Shown here: positions 31,734-40,428 of the stretch, one piece after another
Position numbering within the stretch: position 1 is the first letter of the stretch
How the letters are laid out: every line of letters starts with the position of its first letter
Virus record (IMG/VR): IMGVR_UViG_3300042922_001471
DNA: 64,000 nucleotides
Reading direction: 5' to 3' (one strand)
Origin: an uncultured virus (IMG/VR IMGVR_UViG_3300042922_001471)
Taxonomy: Duplodnaviria; Heunggongvirae; Uroviricota; Caudoviricetes
Notes under the pieces: model-generated
What the model was told of the DNA's origin: nothing
Database searches by the model: none
What the model saw: the letters and a program-made list of their open reading frames with translations, nothing else
Translations under genes and position numbers: made by a program

Positions 31734-32012
31734 ATGAGAAAAAAAACTATAGAAAATGCAAAATTTATAGTAAAGGTAGAAAGCAATAAAGGAGAGAAAT
31801 CAATAAAAACAGTTTCGATTTTTGATAATCGTATAAAAGAATATTTAAAAGAAGAGTATATACAAGAGCGTAATATTGAATCTTTTCTTGATATAAACGA
31901 CTTAAAGGAAACATTGAATTGGAATCTAAATGGCAATAGTTTAAAATATCAGTTTAAATGGGGGATGACTGGAAAGTATAAATCAGAAGGAATAGCCTAT
32001 ATTTTCGACTAA
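31734..32012 (+). CDS. hypothetical protein
   Basis: 92 aa, GAGGA SD. Confidence 0.7.
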   Translation: MRKKTIENAKFIVKVESNKGEKSIKTVSIFDNRIKEYLKEEYIQERNIESFLDINDLKETLNWNLNGNSLKYQFKWGMTGKYKSEGIAYIFD

Positions 32013-32203
32013 GGCATAAAGATGAAGAAAGTTAAAGTTTCCTGATTTGCAATACAATAATATACACTATTAGACAGCATTGAAAATCAATGCTGTCTTT
32101 ACTTTTACATTTTATTATTTTTCCCAACGAGACCATCCTATAAAACAGCCATATTTTATAGTTTTTAATTCTCAATATCTGTATTTATAACATATTCAAC
32201 CTA

Positions 32204-32941
32204 TCACCCTCTAAATGGAGTATATAACACATTTTTAAAATTAGCAGTTATCTCAGCTTCTAAATCAATAAATTCCTTAAGCGTTGAAACGTTAATTTTA
32301 CCAAACATTCTTCTGGCTATCCTTCTTCTAAGAGAATATAGTTTTATTGCTTTTTCATAAAGTTCTCGTTCCAATGTAAATTTTACAACAGCTAATTCGT
32401 CATGGTTATCAAAGTAATACATATTGACATCACCTTCAAATAATTTAACAGTGTCTTTTCTTTTAATGATAGTATAATCTTTCTTATCATCAAGTTGCAC
32501 TAAAACGTAACACCAATTAGTGTCATGTATAGGCGAAGTATCTCCATCTTCTCTACTCCAACCCATCATTGTCCTATTCCCGATATTAGGAAAATGCAGA
32601 TAAACATATTCTTTAAGAACTTTAATCATTTCTTCTTTGGATAGTTGTTTTGGTTCTTCAGAATAATTATAATCGTCATAATCTTTATGAGAAGTGAAAA
32701 ATCGAATATCACCATCAACTTTTCTAAAAAACACCTCTTCTCTGCTCATATTATAATCAATACCTTTAATTCCATTAGAATAATGTCTCAATATCCTATT
32801 AGGATTATTCAAATCTCTTTCAAATAAAACACCCGATTCAGTTATACCATATATTTCATATAGCATATCTTTGCAATCTCCCCATTTTATATCATATTGA
32901 GTTTCACTATCTTTTATTGCATATCCTTCTAATACTGACAT
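32204..32941 (-). CDS. hypothetical protein
   Basis: 245 aa, AAGGAG SD. Confidence 0.8.
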   Translation of the reverse strand: MSVLEGYAIKDSETQYDIKWGDCKDMLYEIYGITESGVLFERDLNNPNRILRHYSNGIKGIDYNMSREEVFFRKVDGDIRFFTSHKDYDDYNYSEEPKQLSKEEMIKVLKEYVYLHFPNIGNRTMMGWSREDGDTSPIHDTNWCYVLVQLDDKKDYTIIKRKDTVKLFEGDVNMYYFDNHDELAVVKFTLERELYEKAIKLYSLRRRIARRMFGKINVSTLKEFIDLEAEITANFKNVLYTPFRG

Positions 32942-33145
32942 ATATTTTCTCCTTTTTAATAATTCATATTAAGTATGAACCTTTTTTATCTTTAATTTTT
33001 ATATATTATATTATATTAACACTTTGTTATGCGAGCCATTAAATAGACAAATGAATTTGATTAACACTAATCGAGTTGTGTATAATACATCAAGTATAAA
33101 TAAAAAGGTATTTTATGTTAAATAATTATATAGGGAGATTATTAT

Positions 33146-33408
33146 ATGAATATGACTTTAATTTTCGGTGGAGATTCGGCAGGCATTACAGAAAACTATG
33201 GAGGAGCATTAATTTATCAATGTTCAATGGTTGTGCCATTGAAAGAAGTTACAAGTGAGCTTAAAGAAAAAAACAAATTTTTAATGACACGCACGAAGAA
33301 CAAGTATCTCAGAATGAACTTGTAAAATATTGCATAGACAACAATCTCAACATTAATAAAAACATGGAGCTTAAACTTAACGGGTTCATTTTTGAGGTGC
33401 AAAATTAA
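33146..33408 (+). pseudogene. frameshifted small gene
   Basis: GGGAG SD and ATG at 33146; a protein-like second frame (FNDTHEEQVSQNELVKYCID...LNGFIFEVQN*) begins near an A-run at ~33266. Confidence 0.45.
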
Positions 33409-34062
33409 AAATAACATCAAAATTCACAGTGATTTTTACATCAATTTTTGATAGATATTATATATATATATGATGCATATGATATAATGTAACTCAAAAC
33501 AAAGTGGTTCAATTTTGAACAGTTAAATTAAAATTTACGGGACTAATTTTAGAAAGGTGGGTACATGGAAAAGAAATTATATTATATATATGAACCTAAT
33601 AACAAGGGTTCTTTTAGTATTAAAGAAAAAATGCTTTTTGGTCCATGGAAAAATTGTTTTTTGACAAAAGAAGAAGCTACTATTCATTTTGAAAAAGCAG
33701 AAAGAACAGCATTAGATAAGTATGAAAAAATAATAATTGGCATCAATAAACTAAAAAAAGAGTTAGGAAATTTTACATACGAGTGTGATGTAGAAGTGTT
33801 GGATGATTCAGGGTTAGAAACATATATGTATATCGAGTTTAATGTCGATGGGTACAATTTTAGATTTAATCAGGAATAAGTCAAACTAATTTTTAAATAA
33901 GAAACCGATATTTAGCAGGGGATAAGAAAATTTATCTTCTGCTATTTTTTATATAAAATCACAAAGTAATTCACAATGAAAATCACATGCGATTTTACAT
34001 GTGATTTTGCTTGTGTAAATTAATGTGATTCTACTTTTTGCACCTCAAAAATGAACCCGTTA
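33378..34062. mobile_element. 685-bp segment bounded by perfect 27-bp inverted repeats (invertible cassette or non-autonomous element)
   Basis: TAACGGGTTCATTTTTGAGGTGCAAAA at 33378-33404, exact reverse complement at 34036-34062; 12-bp-period degenerate arrays inside both ends. Confidence 0.6.
33565..33879 (+). CDS. hypothetical protein inside the IR-bounded segment
   Basis: 104 aa, AAGGTGG SD, own terminator-like hairpin at ~33914-33950. Confidence 0.8.
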   Translation: MEKKLYYIYEPNNKGSFSIKEKMLFGPWKNCFLTKEEATIHFEKAERTALDKYEKIIIGINKLKKELGNFTYECDVEVLDDSGLETYMYIEFNVDGYNFRFNQE

Positions 34063-34104
34063 GCATAAACTCATAGGCTCTTATAATTTATAGTAAATAA
34101 CAAT

Positions 34105-34173
34105 ATAAAGAAATAGTTGCAAATTTTGTATTTGCAACTATTTCTTTTATGCTCTTACTGTCAGGTAGAAGCA
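34105..34173 (-). ncRNA. candidate ~65-nt sRNA, copy 2
   Basis: TTGATT(34208-34203)-17-TATAAT(34185-34180), then GCUUCUACCUGACAGUAAGAGC and the same terminator stem as copy 1. Confidence 0.65.
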
Positions 34174-34255
34174 AAAACTATTATATATCAAAAGCTATTA
34201 TTAATCAACTAAAATAACTCTTGCATTTTATGTATATTTTTTATATAATTAACAT

Positions 34256-34353
34256 AAGATAAGAATAGGTAGCAAGCCAGTATTGGCTGACCACTATTTC
34301 ATTACACAAATGAACTGTAATTACTCTGGTGAAGCAGGGTAATTACTTTTTTT
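34256..34353 (+). ncRNA. putative type I antitoxin RNA
   Basis: TTGCAT(34221-26)-17-TATAAT(34244-49); terminator GTAATTACTCTG/CAGGGTAATTAC plus T7; convergent with and overlapping the toxin 3' end. Confidence 0.7.
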
Positions 34354-34423
34354 GTCCATTTATGATGACTGCTATTAACATCGCTATTGCAATAATTAAT
34401 GACATTTCTTCATATGTAGACAT
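34343..34423 (-). CDS. type I toxin, holin-like toxin family (26 aa)
   Basis: MSTYEEMSLIIAIAMLIAVIINGQKK; AAAGGAGG SD; TTGAGT-17-TAAAAT promoter at 34540-34512. Confidence 0.8.
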   Translation of the reverse strand: MSTYEEMSLIIAIAMLIAVIINGQKK

Positions 34424-34598
34424 ATTAGTAACAACACCTCCTTTTGAAAGATTTTTACCTCCTTTCATTAGGATGTGTCAGCCATACCCTACTACTACCT
34501 ATTCTTTATATATTTTACCATATTTATTAATAATACTCAAGAAATATTTACGAAATTATGTTTGAATTTCAATGTCTAATTGATTTTACTAAATAGAA

Positions 34599-35156
34599 TT
34601 ATTTAAATTCCCACTTATCAAAATACATTAAAAAAATCTTTAAAATATTTAAAGCATCGTCTATTCCTCTATGTTGTGTCCCCTCAAAAGTTAAGTTATT
34701 TGCTCTTAAAGCTTTACTTACCCCTACTCCCTTTTTCTGATTTCTTATAGTTTGATATTGATGTTTTAAACTAATATGTTTTTCTCCCCAAGAAAAATCT
34801 AAATTATGAAAATTACAATCATGTGTAAATTGTAACTTATCATAAAAACCCCATGAACAAAGCCAATAATCTGATTCTCCAATCCAATTTTTAAACTCCT
34901 CACATACCTGTTTAAAGCCTTCTGCAGTATCAACTTGTTCCTGGGTTATAGATGTAAGATTTTTACAAAATTCTGTTAAAACAGGATTAATTACAGGTTT
35001 TACGAATTTATCAAAAGTATCAATAATCTCTCCTGATGAATTTATTTTTACTGCACCTATCTCTATAATCTCATTTTTAATCAATCTTTCTTCATCACAT
35101 GTAGCTTCTAAATCAAAAATAATATAATTTACTTTTCTATTCACTTTAACCTCCAA
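34599..35156 (-). CDS. DEDDh 3'-5' exonuclease (KapD/ERI-1-like)
   Basis: IIFDLEATC, EIIEIGAV, SWGFYD, HRGIDDA. Confidence 0.92.
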   Translation of the reverse strand: MEVKVNRKVNYIIFDLEATCDEERLIKNEIIEIGAVKINSSGEIIDTFDKFVKPVINPVLTEFCKNLTSITQEQVDTAEGFKQVCEEFKNWIGESDYWLCSWGFYDKLQFTHDCNFHNLDFSWGEKHISLKHQYQTIRNQKKGVGVSKALRANNLTFEGTQHRGIDDALNILKIFLMYFDKWEFK

Positions 35157-35325
35157 TAATTTTTTCTTTTAATAATGTTTATATAATATACATATGGAAT
35201 TTCTTTAATTCTGAATAATAATTTTATACTTATAACTTATTTATTTTTTATTTACAATATCATACTTCATTTATATAATGTTGCATATAAACTACATACA
35301 AGGTAAATAGACTTTAATTTAAATA

Positions 35326-35730
35326 TGACAAAAAAAGAACTTTTATGTTTAAATTTTTAAAAATGAAATCAGCTATAACAATTAGTATTGTAATAATCAT
35401 AATCGCATAATGTTCACAATTAAAACTAATACAATTTATGCAACTAATAAGGAAAAAGATGGTGAGAAAATAAGACTTATATCAATACAGAAACAGTTAA
35501 TGCATCAATCATATTAGCACCATCAGGAAGCATTGAAGAATCAATTAGGGATAAAAGACAAAATAGATACCAATTAATATTGCAGGAAACCGAAACTAAA
35601 GAGAATTTTAATTTGCTAATTAATAAAGAATTATTCGAAAGAGCTTCTGTAAACAGCATTTTAACATTAAACAGAACAGAATATAAATCATTAGATGGCG
35701 ATAATAGTTTTAGTTATGAAATCAGTAAAT
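35326..35730 (+). pseudogene. decayed membrane-anchored protein gene
   Basis: hydrophobic N-terminal fragment followed by protein-like fragments in shifted frames; boundaries approximate. Confidence 0.35.
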
Positions 35731-35795
35731 AATTCTTTATTTTTACTACGAAATGGATTATCATATAAATATAAAACTAACATAGGGGTTAACAT

Positions 35796-36146
35796 ATGAA
35801 TGATAAAAAATATAAAGTTGTAGTAGTGCCAGTAGAAAAATCTCCTTATGAAGATAAAATGTCTTTTAACGATATAGTTGTATTCGTTAAAGATTATGTT
35901 GAACAAATTCATTTATATGATAATATTTATGCTTTGGTAGATGAAAATGCTACTTTAAAAGTTTATTTTAAAATTAATCGAACAGTAGTATTGCAAGATA
36001 AAAGTATAATACCTTGTACATTATTTAATGATTTTGTGCTTATTCGTTGTAAAAATGGTGAGATGATGGATATGACCAATGAAGAAATAAAAGAAGCTTT
36101 ATTTATTTTTAGGTCAACAAATCCTGACGCTGTAATATTTATATAA
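35796..36146 (+). CDS. hypothetical protein (DUF3846-like)
   Basis: VKDYVEQI...VDEN...INR pattern; AGGGG SD. Confidence 0.6.
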   Translation: MNDKKYKVVVVPVEKSPYEDKMSFNDIVVFVKDYVEQIHLYDNIYALVDENATLKVYFKINRTVVLQDKSIIPCTLFNDFVLIRCKNGEMMDMTNEEIKEALFIFRSTNPDAVIFI

Positions 36147-36198
36147 AATTTGAATGCAAAAAAGGTATTATAGATGAATTGTCTATAATACCTTTTTT

Positions 36199-37032
36199 TC
36201 AAGAACTAAAATAATCTTTTAATTTTTCGATTTTTTTAGTTAATTCTGCTATTTTTTCTTTTATTAACTTTTCTTCGTTAATAATTTCTTTAACTTCTTC
36301 TGCCATTCTAATTTTTTGAGTTATTGAACAGTTTTCAAAAGCTAAGTCTATTTGTTTTAATTTGCCAGTTAAAAGCTCAAGTTTATTATTTTGCTTTTCA
36401 ATTCTTTCAGTCAACGACAATGTTGCTTTATTTATAATTTCATTTGTATCTAAATTCGTATAATATTTGACTAATGTACTTTTTAATTCTTGCCAATCAT
36501 CATAAAGCATTAAGACATAATCTAAATAGCTATTTATGCATTGAGAAGCTAAAAATATATATTGTTCTTTATACTTATACATAATTTCTTTAGTTCTGTA
36601 AATATTTTGATTTAAATAAATCCATTTTTGTTCTAATGTTATATTTTTATAGTCTTCTAAATCTCCAATATCCTGATATTTCATTATTAAATCTTTCGTT
36701 CTTGAATCACAATTATCCCAAATTTCCAATAATATTTCATTGGGAAATTTAAAAATTTCAAGACATCCTCTTATTACTGGTATTAATTTTAAAAATTTAA
36801 AAACAAATATGTGATTTAATTTATAACTGCTTTTTGATAAGTCAAATTTAATAGATGGTGTATCTAAAAAATAAATTTTTTCTTTCTCTTTATACAATTG
36901 AAAATCTTCTTTGATTTCTTTATTTTTATTAATAATTTGCTCTTCTTTAATTAATTCATACGTGTTTCCATCGCAGTCATATAATGTTCCAACTACTTCT
37001 TTTTTCCTTTTATCCATAAATCTTAAAAACAT
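36199..37032 (-). CDS. hypothetical protein with C-terminal coiled coil
   Basis: 277 aa, AGGGG SD. Confidence 0.75.
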   Translation of the reverse strand: MFLRFMDKRKKEVVGTLYDCDGNTYELIKEEQIINKNKEIKEDFQLYKEKEKIYFLDTPSIKFDLSKSSYKLNHIFVFKFLKLIPVIRGCLEIFKFPNEILLEIWDNCDSRTKDLIMKYQDIGDLEDYKNITLEQKWIYLNQNIYRTKEIMYKYKEQYIFLASQCINSYLDYVLMLYDDWQELKSTLVKYYTNLDTNEIINKATLSLTERIEKQNNKLELLTGKLKQIDLAFENCSITQKIRMAEEVKEIINEEKLIKEKIAELTKKIEKLKDYFSS

Positions 37033-37065
37033 ATATTTATCCCCTTTCTAATTCTATCACAAGCA

Positions 37066-37614
37066 TTAATATGTATCAAATAATGATATTTGTTTTATAT
37101 TGAAAGCTTCCACCTCAACACATTTACTTGTAAATGTGTTACCATAATCAACTTTGTACCCTTTGTTTTGAATAAATTGACCTATTAAATATCTATGGCA
37201 CTCTTCTAAATTTTTACAATAACAAAATAAATAAATTTCCTCAGCTTCATCTAATTGATACATAAGATTATTAAGTGCTCTTACCATATCTGGTCTATTA
37301 TTCAATTCATAATAAAATTCAGTTTTATAAAAATAAAGCCAGGCACTTTTATCAGTTAAAGAAATATTATTTGTTTTTAATTCTTTTATTTCATCATCAT
37401 TAAATTCATTTTTCTTCCACTTCTGAGTTTTATCAAATAATTCAATTGAAGGACTTAATTGAGGCACATGTATAAAGCCCTTTGGTATTCCACCTACAGG
37501 CTTTCTAACAATAAAAAATTTTTTAGTATTTTCTGAAAGATTTAATTTTTTAGCTTCTCCTAAGTATGCTAAATGTAGTATATCCCACAACTCCATTCTT
37601 TGTTTATTATCCAT
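37066..37614 (-). CDS. DUF488-like protein
   Basis: PQLSPSIELF and LFCYCKNLEECHRYLI motifs. Confidence 0.7.
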   Translation of the reverse strand: MDNKQRMELWDILHLAYLGEAKKLNLSENTKKFFIVRKPVGGIPKGFIHVPQLSPSIELFDKTQKWKKNEFNDDEIKELKTNNISLTDKSAWLYFYKTEFYYELNNRPDMVRALNNLMYQLDEAEEIYLFCYCKNLEECHRYLIGQFIQNKGYKVDYGNTFTSKCVEVEAFNIKQISLFDTY

Positions 37615-37739
37615 TATATCATATTTAAATAAACTTGTAAATTATTTTTGCATTAAAAAAGAACCTTGTTATTAATAAAGTTCTTTTTATTCCTATATAA
37701 AATTTATTTCCTTTAAAAAACTATGTAAACCTTCCCCAA

Positions 37740-38156
37740 TTAATATGCCTTTGTTTCTTTATTTAACCAAACCTTTTTCTCATGTTCATTGAAATTTTTA
37801 TCAACAAATACCTTACGGATGACAGTAATAATTGATAATATTGTCATCCCATCTTTTTGTATCATCTCACAAACTAAAACTAACGTTTGATTTTCATTGA
37901 CAAGAGCAAATTCCTCATTGTTCTTAATAGTCATAATAGAATCTGTTTTTTTAATGATAAGATTCTCTACGTCTTCGAACTCGCATTGTCTTCCATAACT
38001 ATTAAACATACGTTCTATTGCATGTTTTGTATAACCAACTTTTAATTCTATTTCCATTGGTTCTAATCCATCTTCAATATCTTCATTAGTCAAACTCTCC
38101 ACCAAGAATAATTCGTGTACCTCTTTAAAATCTACCAATTCTATATCACTGCACAT
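37740..38156 (-). CDS. hypothetical protein with YTKHAIERM motif
   Basis: motif recalls DUF4258/BrnT-like small proteins; ...IITVI C-terminal strand. Confidence 0.6.
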   Translation of the reverse strand: MCSDIELVDFKEVHELFLVESLTNEDIEDGLEPMEIELKVGYTKHAIERMFNSYGRQCEFEDVENLIIKKTDSIMTIKNNEEFALVNENQTLVLVCEMIQKDGMTILSIITVIRKVFVDKNFNEHEKKVWLNKETKAY

Positions 38157-38308
38157 TTTATTTACCTTCCTCTATTAGTTTATTCTCTTTAGAACGCCTA
38201 TTTTAATTTAATTTGTATATTATATTGTAAAATTAGCTAATATATAATTTTGCTAATCCACTCCCCATAAAAAAAGACATCATTAAGATGTCTTCATAGT
38301 GTAAAATT

Positions 38309-39007
38309 TTAATTATTGTAATAATAGTTAAGATTATTCATATTACCTTCATATATAATATCTTTATACTTAAAGATTGTATCCAAAGCTACTTCTATCT
38401 CATTTGGACCTCTGAAGTATCCCCTATCAAACTTAGCATAACCTTTTTTTATTTCGTCAATATTAACAATATCAGGATGCTCATAACCAACAGACATATT
38501 AGTTAAAAAACAATCCGTAATAGCTCCCTCATGTAAATCTTCTGGAAAATGTCCAGTGAAATATTTACATTCTATATTATCTCCATTAAAATATGGGATA
38601 TAAGTATACTCTTTAATATTATCTTTTTTTAGCTTTTTTCGAATTTCATCATAATCATAACCTTCATCAGATAAATTTTTATAAATCTTACGAAACTCTT
38701 TGCTGTCACCACGCAGATTACCAACATCGATTCCTATATATTTATAACCATTTGAAATAAAATGTTCTGACTGATATCCAAATGCACATCCTATGTCTGT
38801 CACACTTTTGATTCCGTTTCTTGTTTTTAAATCCTGTAATATCATAAAATAATCACCATCAAAACACAAACAATCGGAGCAAGGAGCATATTCATCATTA
38901 TACTTCTTGAATTTTTCCTTAAATCCTTTAATCTTAAACAAAAATGCTCCTTCCATATCAAATTCATGTTGAATTCTTTTTCTATTTAAAATCTTTACTA
39001 TTGCCAT
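38309..39007 (-). CDS. class I SAM-dependent methyltransferase-like protein
   Basis: VTDIGCAFG...YIGIDV; start re-called at MAIVKIL after AGGTGGAG. Confidence 0.6.
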   Translation of the reverse strand: MAIVKILNRKRIQHEFDMEGAFLFKIKGFKEKFKKYNDEYAPCSDCLCFDGDYFMILQDLKTRNGIKSVTDIGCAFGYQSEHFISNGYKYIGIDVGNLRGDSKEFRKIYKNLSDEGYDYDEIRKKLKKDNIKEYTYIPYFNGDNIECKYFTGHFPEDLHEGAITDCFLTNMSVGYEHPDIVNIDEIKKGYAKFDRGYFRGPNEIEVALDTIFKYKDIIYEGNMNNLNYYYNN

Positions 39008-39038
39008 AATGCTCCACCTTCTAATTTTAGAATTTAAA

Positions 39039-39329
39039 TTAAAATATATTTCCAAACTGATATGAGCCACTTTTATCGTCACATTGCCACATAAACTCAG
39101 CCAAATAATCTTCAACTGGTTTTGAGCCTCTTGGTAATTTTTCCACCTGTGTTGGCAAGGAAAAATCAATACATCTTAATTTCCCATTTATATTAGCTCC
39201 ACAAAGTTGCATATTTCCTTCAAGCTTTCTCTCAATTGCCCATAACTTATCATAAGATTTACCGTCTTTTCCTATAAAAGTTTCGCACTCTCTATCAGAT
39301 ACCTTTTTTGTTATATAAATCGTAGCCAT
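39039..39329 (-). CDS. hypothetical protein
   Basis: 96 aa, GGGAGG SD. Confidence 0.75.
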   Translation of the reverse strand: MATIYITKKVSDRECETFIGKDGKSYDKLWAIERKLEGNMQLCGANINGKLRCIDFSLPTQVEKLPRGSKPVEDYLAEFMWQCDDKSGSYQFGNIF

Positions 39330-39431
39330 AATGAGCCTCCCTGTATTATGTAAATATAAATTTTCCTTATTTAAAATAAGTATGTTTTATTATAGATAAG
39401 TTATCATTAAATAATTACTTGGAAAATTAAG

Positions 39432-39478
39432 GTTAACACTCCCACCACTTAAGTTAATGCTTAGAATTGGGACTTCTT
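39432..39478 (-). mobile_element. possible IS200/IS605-family right-end remnant
   Basis: AGAAGTCCCAATTCTAAGC...AAGTGGTGGGAGTGTTAAC resembles the subterminal hairpin end of Firmicute tnpB elements as recalled; no tnpB ORF present. Confidence 0.35.
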
Positions 39479-39765
39479 CTACAATGCTGATAATTATAAC
39501 TATGAAGAGATTCGATTTCATTCATTTTGTAATATTATTTAACACCAAAGTTTAAGTTATCATAATTATCTATGTGGTATAACTTCGTAGCATGATAATT
39601 TAAATCTTTAATAAAGTTAGCTTGTAACCTATTTAGTTGCGGTTTTAATATATTCTAATTATGCTAATTAACTAATAAAATTTCCAAATATATATTGTCT
39701 TAGCAGACTTTAAAATTCATCCCATACAAAAAGAGGATATACCTTAGCTGAGTATATCCTTCATT

Positions 39766-39966
39766 TTAATAATTCACACAATTTTTAACTTTATTGAAGT
39801 CTTCTTTAAATTTAGCATAGATTTCATCATCTGTTGCATTACATATGTAACCTTCATTTACTATCATTTCTGAAATACATCCACGAATTGTATTTTCATA
39901 CATATAAGGCAGGATTATTAATTTTTGTATCATTAAGAACACAAAGTTATTAATACTTATTTCCAT
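39766..39966 (-). CDS. hypothetical protein
   Basis: 66 aa followed by a terminator hairpin. Confidence 0.55.
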   Translation of the reverse strand: MEISINNFVFLMIQKLIILPYMYENTIRGCISEMIVNEGYICNATDDEIYAKFKEDFNKVKNCVNY

Positions 39967-39978
39967 ATTTCGCTCTCA

Positions 39979-40215
39979 TTAAAATACATTCGTGCTTGAG
40001 ATAATTCTTTCAAGCAGAATTATGTTACCTTTTTTATAACCACTTAGCGTAACTTCTCCAATAAGAATAAATTCTTCATTATCATCTAAAGAGCTAATAT
40101 TGTCACTATTTTTATTAAGTATAGACACAATTCTTTCATTATTAGATTCATCGATATTTTTTAATCTTTCACTAAATTTAATTTCATATTCATTATTATT
40201 TATATTAATTGTCAT
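39979..40215 (-). CDS. hypothetical protein
   Basis: 78 aa, GGAGG SD. Confidence 0.7.
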   Translation of the reverse strand: MTININNNEYEIKFSERLKNIDESNNERIVSILNKNSDNISSLDDNEEFILIGEVTLSGYKKGNIILLERIISSTNVF

Positions 40216-40428
40216 ATTTCCTCCAAATTTCTTTATTACATATATTATACCATATTATTTAAAGTTTGTAAAATATTTTTGTAAATTAAATTTTACAATT
40301 TAAAAATGTAAACATATTTTTATTTCAGTAAACCCTTCTTAAAATATTAAACGTTATTGAGCAATTTCAACATATGTTATTAATTGAATTTGATTTAACA
40401 TATAATTAAAGGTATTGTAAAAAAATAA

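Noticed and set aside
34329..34565. 78-aa plus-strand ORF from the track
   Set aside because: Antisense to the toxin gene and its promoter, starts inside a terminator and has no SD
39008..39169. N-terminal extension of the 38309 gene
   Set aside because: Overlaps the upstream gene in another frame; a good SD exists at the ATG at 39007
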